Shown here: piece by piece, positions 56,357 through 64,000 of the stretch
Position numbering within the stretch: position 1 is the stretch's first letter
Layout: each line of letters starts with the position of its first letter
NCBI GenBank assembly: GCA_951406725.2
Contig: OX597835.1
Coordinates: 46,066,001 to 46,130,000, forward strand
Origin: Octopus vulgaris
Taxonomy: Eukaryota
Direction of reading: 5' to 3'
DNA length: 64,000 nt
Notes under the pieces: model-generated
Seen by the model: only the letters and a program-made list of their open reading frames with translations
What the model was told of the DNA's origin: nothing
Database searches by the model: none
Made by a program: the position numbers and the translations under genes

Positions 56357-56780
56357 ATTATACACAAGGCAAATTTTAACTATTTCTCCGCAGACTGAAA
56401 ATAAAATAATAAACACCTTTATTCGATTTTTGTATTTTATTGAGTTCTCATCAGAGGCGTCTACCTCATTCTGACAGTGTACAGGGAAATAAGCAGAAGC
56501 AGCCAAACTGATTACATACTCGACAAATGCAGCAGTTACTCTATGAAGAAATCCCTAATTTGCATACCGAAAGTGTTTAACACTATAAATAACAGCGGAT
56601 TTCTTCGTGCTCACAGTATCAAGGTATGATATAATAAATATGAAACGTATGGCATGATTATAAACAGGACAACTTTTAGCTATTTCTCCGCAGACTGAAA
56701 AAAATGACGGATAAACTTAATCGATTTTCGAACCTTAAAGGCTTCTCTTCTTAGGCGTCCATATCAATCTGACAATATAC
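56357..56780 (-). repeat. two diverged direct repeats at 300-bp period carrying hammerhead-like motifs
   Basis: tatttctccgcagactgaaa at 56381 and 56681; core fragments CTGATGA (copy 1) and GAAA-ATCGAT-TA (copy 2). Confidence 0.6.
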
Positions 56781-56815
56781 ATACATACACGCACATATAT
56801 ATAAAAATATACGCA

Positions 56816-56846
<31 letters not shown>

Positions 56847-56847
56847 T

Positions 56848-56897
<50 letters not shown>

Positions 56898-56913
56898 TTT
56901 TATTTATTTATTT

Positions 56914-57029
56914 ATATACCGGAGTAACCACATAAATGCGAAACAAGGTGTGAAATATAGTACTCGAATATCAGAGTTAGAATAATATGCTTTATTGGCT
57001 AAACTGGCAAAATGACCATTCCGAAATAT

Positions 57030-57089
<60 letters not shown>

Positions 57090-57317
57090 GTATGTATATA
57101 TATGCTTTATTAAAAAGCAGCAATAATATCACAAAAACTGTTTCTCGGAGTTTCATGCTGACAGTTCGTCGGACAGTTACACGAGAATGTGAAACTCTGA
57201 GTAACAGTTTTTGTGATATCTTTGCTGCTTTTCATTAAAACATATTACTCTAACTCTGGTATTCGAGTACTATGTTTCCCACCTTGTTTCGCATTTATGT
57301 GCTTACTCCGGTATATA
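56914..57317. mobile_element. Penelope-like terminal cassette with nested inverted repeats in (TA)n
   Basis: 56914-56997 vs 57234-57317 and 57101-57156 vs 57190-57244 are inverted; hammerhead-like motif at 57137-57178 (-). Confidence 0.6.
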
Positions 57318-57322
57318 ATTAA

Positions 57323-57381
<59 letters not shown>

Positions 57382-57411
57382 TATATGTGTGTGTGTGTAT
57401 GTATGTATATA

Positions 57412-57507
<96 letters not shown>

Positions 57508-57859
57508 AAAAAGGAGATGTGGAACACGAGTTGTGATATATAAAAAAAGGAAATGAAGAAAATGCTGACAAAATAATTTAAGTAAGGGAGAGTGTATTTA
57601 ATTAGGTGAAAGTTCTTTACCGGTTGCGCATTTGTTATGCTTATCAAAAGATATTTTTTTAAGAGAGATAGAGTTCCTTTCTGATAGATTTTTTTCTCTT
57701 ATATATATATAGTTTAGTCACACAAGAATGGATTATATGAGAGTTTTTAAAAAATCATAACGTCTTGTATAAATGTTTTAGATGTTTGCTGTTTGTCGTG
57801 TGTTTATTTGGCAAAGGTGCTCCGAGCAGATATGATGTTTTCCCACTTCTGAGAAGCAT

Positions 57860-58620
57860 AGCGCATAATGTTATTGGTGCCTCAGACTTTTAAGTTTATA
57901 AGTGTATTTTCTATATAACTTTAAATTTTTTCATCAAGTGGTAGTAGAAAAACAATTTTTATAGAATTGATCTTTCATTTTCTTAAAAACAATACCATTT
58001 TTCCCCATCAACACCTTTGAATTTTAAATTTCTATGATCTAGAATCGTTAACAAAAGTCGCCAATATCGCCAGAAGTCACATTAATCTGAAATTCCTCAT
58101 ACATCACAGAATTTATTTTCTTTTTAAAATGATGCTTACTGTTAGAACAAGGATGAAACGTGCGGTTTAAATGTTTTCGTGGATAAATTTGATTGATCAC
58201 TACATCTGATATATCATGGTTGTTCCTCTCTAACAATGTGGATTATTCTTTTATTAGGATAAGTGCATGCATGTACAGGGATGATGGGCTCATGATTTTG
58301 AACAGTGCGAGTGGCAAGTAGCTAACAAGCTGAGGAAATTAACAATTACCACATTTTCCAACACAACTAGAGTTACCATCAAAAAGGATTTTTGCATCAG
58401 TAATTTCCTGCATGCCACGCTTAAATTTAACTCCCAGTCGCATGCTGGAAGACAAAGGAAAGCAAATCGCTCCGCTTTGTACGTTGACACAATACAAATA
58501 CCTAGCGAGCGTAACGACACAGGTTTCGGTTGATATTAACATACTTTAATTGCATTAACTTCTTGCGAACCCACATGGAGTATTATAACGACGCAGCATC
58601 ATGAAACCAATGCTAAAATA
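57860..58620 (+). mobile_element. Naiad/Neptune-type Penelope-like RT remnant
   Basis: MYRDDGLMIL (YRDDGL catalytic motif)...NKLRK...VTI...NFLHATL...RKAN..LYV. Confidence 0.75.
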
Positions 58621-58658
58621 GAATAACTTCAGAATTCTGTCTACTCACTAGTAATGGT

Positions 58659-58960
58659 AGAGGCGCAAAGGCCAAGTGGTTAGGGCAGCGGATTCGCGGT
58701 TGTAGGATCGTGGTTTCGATTCCCAGACTGGGCTCTGTGTGTGTTTATTAAGCGAAAACACCTAAAAGCTCCACTAGGCTCGGGAAGGGGGTGGTGGTGA
58801 CCCCTGTCCTATTCTTTCGCCACAACTTTCTCTCACTCTCTCTTCTTGTTTCTTGAGTAACGCTGTGATGGACTGGCGTCCAGTCCAGCTGGGGGGAACT
58901 CATACGCCATAGAAACCGGGAAACCGGGCCCATGAGCCTGGTTAGGCCTGAAAAGGGTGA
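58659..58960 (+). mobile_element. tRNA-Arg-headed SINE with alternative 3' body
   Basis: head matches the 4188-4578 family; diverges after ~58850 to gatggactggcgtcc...gaaaccggg. Confidence 0.8.
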
Positions 58961-59825
58961 CGTTTACGTATCACTAGTAATGATAATGATGAGGATGGCG
59001 ATGAATATTTTATGATAATGGTATGAATAAAATTTTAGTTTAGTTTTGAATGACGGTGTTCTTCATAAGAGTATTAGAAGTGGTTGTGTTGTTGTTAGTG
59101 CTGTTAATGTCGATGGTGGAGCTGATTGTGGTGGTTATATTTTGGAGGTGGTTTACTGTTGTTCATGATAGTTGCGGTAGTTGTGGTGAGGTTGATGATA
59201 GTGATGATCGTGGTGCTGATGCTGTTAAAGCTAGAGGGGGCTCATCTTGGTTGTCATTTCTTGCTGTGTCGGATCATGAAAATGACTTTGTTGGAAACAC
59301 AGCGGCTAATGAGGATGACGCTATTGATGAGGACGACAGCATCAACGATGATGAAGAAGTACGATGATGTAGACAGTCATGCATTTCGAGACTGTGATAT
59401 CAACAGTAATTAAGAGTTTGGGGAGCGTTCAAACCCCAGGAAAATACACAGAAGAGAACGATGGAGAGGTGTGTGAAAAATTAGAAGTAAAAGAATAATT
59501 GGTAATCACCTCAAATTTAAAGTATTGAATGAGAATGAGAAAGGGAGGAGAACGAATCCCACAGAGCAGTAAAGCGATTCTTTCAATCAAAATGTATTAA
59601 AGATGTCAGCTTAAATGTCTTTTACGAATTGAAAACAAATACTGTGGTATTCTATCAAGCTAGTTTGCTATGTGTGTCTAGCAACATTGATGAGCGTAAA
59701 GGAATAAACGTGGGGTGGGGGTGTTTGTTGTGAGTTTCTCTCTGTGTGTCGTTGCATGCGTCACTATGACTGGTTATATATGTATGTATACACAAATATA
59801 TGCATTCATGACAAATATATGCGTA

Positions 59826-59877
<52 letters not shown>

Positions 59878-59882
<5 letters not shown>

Positions 59883-60370
59883 GAAAAGAATGGAGTTGAA
59901 CGAAGATTTTATCAAAATTTCTTTACTTTCGACATATGTTTCGAAGACTGCATATTCTTAATTCCGAAGGAATGAAGGTTGCATTATGCCGTCTTCCCAT
60001 CAGGAAATACAAGGAACCTCTATCAGCCTCAAGACGAATAGAAGCTTCTTACCGTCTGCCTACATGGTTTCCACAGTGATAATGAGTATTTATTTAAAAT
60101 AATCCGTTATAAGCAATGACATCAAAATTGGATGCTTATAACGGATTATTTTAAATAAATACTCATTATCACTGTGGAAACCATGTAGGCAGACGGTAAG
60201 AAGCTTTTGTTCGTCTTGAGGCTGATAGAGGTTCTTTGTATTTCTTGATGAGAAGACGGCATAATGCAACCTTCATTCCTTCGGAATTAAGAATATGCAG
60301 TCTTCGAAACTTATGTCGAAAGTAAAGGAATTTTGATAAAATCTTCGTTCAACACCATTCTTTTCATTTA
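59878..60370. mobile_element. ~238-bp-arm fold-back Penelope-like terminal cassette with a hammerhead motif in each arm
   Basis: 59878-60115 is the near-exact reverse complement of 60133-60370; motifs at 59927-60007 (-) and 60241-60321 (+). Confidence 0.75.
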
Positions 60371-60518
60371 CTAGTATAAAAAAACACACAAATTTCCACA
60401 CACGAACACGGGGTTCAACCCTTGGCATGTAACTTCAACCGTGTTTTACTGAAGTGAATTTGCTACCAAGGTACCGATTAACAGAATTATCCATAGTAGG
60501 ATAATTCATTCATCTACT

Positions 60519-60578
<60 letters not shown>

Positions 60579-60704
60579 AAAGAAACCGATAATATAGGTA
60601 CTAGGTTTACTAAGAATAAGTCCTGGGTTCGATTTGTTCGACTAAAGGCGTTGATCCAGCATAGCTGCAAAGGACTGAAACAAATAAAAGAATATATATA
60701 TGTG

Positions 60705-60757
<53 letters not shown>

Positions 60758-60762
<5 letters not shown>

Positions 60763-60960
60763 AGAGTTTACGAAAAAAACAAAAGACGAAGACAGGTAGT
60801 GTACAAAACAAACAGATGTATTAGTATAACGCTCAGGAATAGAAAAAAATCTTTTACGTTTCGAGCCTACGCTCTTCTAATGAAAGGTACACAGAAAAAA
60901 AACAAGGAGAGAAACAAAGAGAGAAAAAAAATGTGTATAGTGGCTAACGATCTATCATGG
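60758..60960 (-). mobile_element. Penelope-like terminal fragment abutting (TA)n
   Basis: second copy of the 14755-14885 family; GAGC-gtag-GCTC-GAAA-CGTA-AAAGA. Confidence 0.5.
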
Positions 60961-61569
60961 CGACAGCTAGACAAAAGGGTCACACCAGAAGGGTCATATT
61001 TATATACATATCAACAGCTGTAAGCTTGTGAAGGTAATGTTTTTGTGAAGGTCAGTTGTTTTATCTGTATCATCTCTTTTCCATACATATGTGTGTGTTT
61101 GTGTATGTTTATGGATGTATGTGTGTGTGTTTATATATGTGTGAGCGAGCGCGCGTGCATGTGTGTGTGTTTCTGTGTGTTGCGTGTGTGTGTGTGCGTG
61201 TGTGTGTGTACTCTGAAAGTTAGAAACGGACATAGATATATAGGAAGATAAATGGAAAGGCATCAGGGAGGCAGATAGGCAGATGTTTTCGAACAACAAC
61301 AACAAAAATAGTTATTCATCATTTTTTTATCGTTTCAAGAAACCAAAATGAAATAAAAAGTGGCTTTCGAGCAGAAATAATAAACATTGATAAAGGACTA
61401 TCTCCGAACACATCTCAGACGATTTCAATTATGATTGTTAAGGTAGTGCCAAAAAGTGCCGTATTTGATACTGATTTCACTGGTGACGGTGGTGTTAGAG
61501 GCAAATAAAACTGTAAATGGAGTTAATAGTATCGGCTGCCGTGGTGGTGGTCATACTCTTTGTAACTGT

Positions 61570-62005
61570 GTAAGTATTCGTCCAGCGTATTGTTGCCGTT
61601 CCGGATAAAAGGCTTAGAGGCATTTCGTATGTCTTTATGCTCTCAGTCGAAATTCCGCCAACGTCCAATTTGCCTTTCATCCTTTCGGGTCGTTTGACAC
61701 TAAGGTTGATACAATCAACCATCACATTTCTCCTGAAAATTTTAGACCTTGTACCAACAGCAGTATGCACTATTTATATCCGGCCAAGGGCAACAAAGTG
61801 GCAGAATCGTTGCCGCGCCGGGAAAATACTTGGCGGTATTCTTTCCGTTTTTTTTTTCTTCTGACCTCAAGTGTCACTGAAGTCGACTTAGTATTTCATA
61901 CATTCGAGGTCGATAAAATAAGTACCATTTGAGCCCTGAGGCCGATGTAATTGACTGATCCACTCCCCTAAATTTTCAGGCTTTGTGTCTCTTGTCGAGA
62001 TAATT
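61570..62005 (+). mobile_element. two diverged Nin-type SINE copies
   Basis: family similarity. Confidence 0.65.
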
Positions 62006-62901
62006 ATCTGCCTTCGGCCACCCACCTGAGTCTTGGCTAATTTCTGTTATTGGAGAAGAACAGGTTATTTCAATGGGGTGCACTCCTACAGTTCTTTACG
62101 TTCTTGTATGAAATATCACGCAGGGTAAACTTGCATTTCAACCGGAACCGATAGAATAAAGTACGAGTGAGGAGCTGAGTTCAATGGTATTGATCAATCC
62201 CCTCATCACCTCGAATCGAAACCCGCTGTCCTAGGGCCTTGAATTAGAAACTTCGTATTTTCACAAGTTACGGATAGAACTTAGCCAAAATGGTTAATGA
62301 CTTCGCTTAGCAATCACGAATTCATATGTTTAATTAGCCTGTGTTGTATTTCGCACGTTTGCCTTATTTTGCCATTGCTTGATAGTGAGTGATTCTTGTA
62401 AGCGAATGAGCTTCACGGAAACTGTGCGGAAGCCTGTCGATTGACTGTACCTGTAATTCGAAAGATACAGCCTTGACACATTGTTTCGTGCTGATTCTAA
62501 CTGAGAATTGTGTTAAGAGCAGACAGGTCTGTGGAATATTCAGCCACTTGCGCACAGTAATTTCAATGAGTATGTAACACAGTTGAATCCACGTCGTCGA
62601 AACCAATGGTGATGGTGGTGGTGGTGGTGGTGGTGGTGGTGGTGAAAGTATCGGTGATGTTTGGTAGTGGTGTTGATGACGGTTTTCATGGTAGTGGTGG
62701 CAGTAGTGGGGACGGAGCCTCTGATGGCGGTGTTGGTGGTGGTCGTGGTCGTGGTCGTGGCAGCGCATATAAGTTGTGAATAATGCGAGAATCGAAAACT
62801 AAGTTTATATTATATCGGAATAAGTTCAAACTGTAAAATACAACCACTGCATTAAAGTCACTCGAATGTTGTTTCACACACAAAAAGGATAAACATACAT
62901 G

Positions 62902-62945
<44 letters not shown>

Positions 62946-62967
62946 TATACATATATATATATACACA

Positions 62968-63013
<46 letters not shown>

Positions 63014-63346
63014 CATATATATATACATAAGTAAATATATTTCTAAATGTATGTATGTATATATATATATATATATGTATATATAGGTAGGTAGGTAGAT
63101 AGGTAGGTATGTTTAACTTCAAATCGAGATAATTCATTTTAAACATTCAACTAATAGATATTTTTCAATTTTTTTTCGTGTCTGTACAATTCTTTTTGTT
63201 TTTTTTTTTTACTTTCCACCATATTTGGAAACGATTTCTTCGCTTAATATCTATTTATTGATGTTTTTAATATTTTTATTGTTCTTGTTATTGTTCGAGT
63301 TGTTGTTATCAGTTTTCTATATTATCATGTTTACTTCTCTTTTACA

Positions 63347-63423
63347 TTCTTCTTCTTCTTCTTCTTCTTCTTCTTCTTCTTCTTCTTCTTCTTCTTCTTC
63401 TTCTTTTTCTTCTTCTTCTTCTT

Positions 63424-63471
<48 letters not shown>

Positions 63472-63546
63472 TTCTTCTTCTTCTTCCTCTACTACTACTA
63501 CTACTACTACTTCTTCTTCTTCCTCTTCTTCTTTTTCTTCTACTAC

Positions 63547-63578
<32 letters not shown>

Positions 63579-63695
63579 CTTCTTCTTCTTCTTCTTCTTC
63601 TTCTTCTTCTCCTTCTTCTCTTCCTTTTCCTCCTTCTACTACTACTACTTTTCGTCTTCATGTTTTTCGTCTCTTTCTCCTTCTCCATCGAAAAT

Positions 63696-63745
<50 letters not shown>
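63347..63745. repeat. compound (TTC)n/(TAC)n trinucleotide array
   Basis: direct inspection. Confidence 0.97.
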
Positions 63746-63746
<1 letters not shown>

Positions 63747-64000
63747 TGCTGTTGCTGCTGCAGCTACAACGTTCTCTATTTGTCATCATCATTATTGCTG
63801 TTATCCATGACGATGTTGTTGTTGAAGTTCTTTTCCATAAGGTTTGCCTTCTTTTCCTTTGTTATTACCAACACTATTCTTATCATTATCCCCCATCATC
63901 ATCATTACCATCACCACCACCATTCACCAGCACCACCTTCACCATCATCATCATCGGCATCATCTTCGCCGTCGCCGTCTTTACCTTCATCATCCATCAT

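Noticed and set aside
56360-56700. Duplicated minus-strand exons (ttttcag|tctgcggagaaata, CGEI.K.C)
   Set aside because: Better explained as part of the 300-bp repeat; no convincing donor sites.
59050-59413. ORFs with hydrophobic N-terminus and acidic tail
   Set aside because: Derived from decayed (GTT)/(GAT) triplet repeats.

Overview
AT-rich, microsatellite-saturated eukaryotic non-coding DNA (intergenic or large intron). The SINE families and (TA)/(TACA)/(CA) repeats point to an octopus (coleoid cephalopod) genome; this is inference from repeat recognition. No intact host protein-coding gene can be supported, and nearly all listed ORFs are microsatellite translation artefacts. The window is a graveyard of mobile DNA: more than 20 copies of a Nin-type tRNA-derived SINE (several with 11-20 bp TSDs), tRNA-Arg-headed and CORE-like SINEs, RTE, R4/Dong, CR1/L2-like and L1/Tx1-ORF1 LINE remnants, several Penelope-like (Naiad-type) remnants, Tc1/mariner remnants and MITEs. 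The most notable signal is a recurrent architecture of short fold-back (inverted-repeat) or tandem cassettes, mostly next to (TA)n, carrying minimal type I hammerhead ribozyme motifs (CTGANGA...GAAA, often with a palindromic stem III). These occur at about eight loci, most with unrelated sequence. Several other local inverted or direct duplications are also present. All alignments and folds were done by eye.
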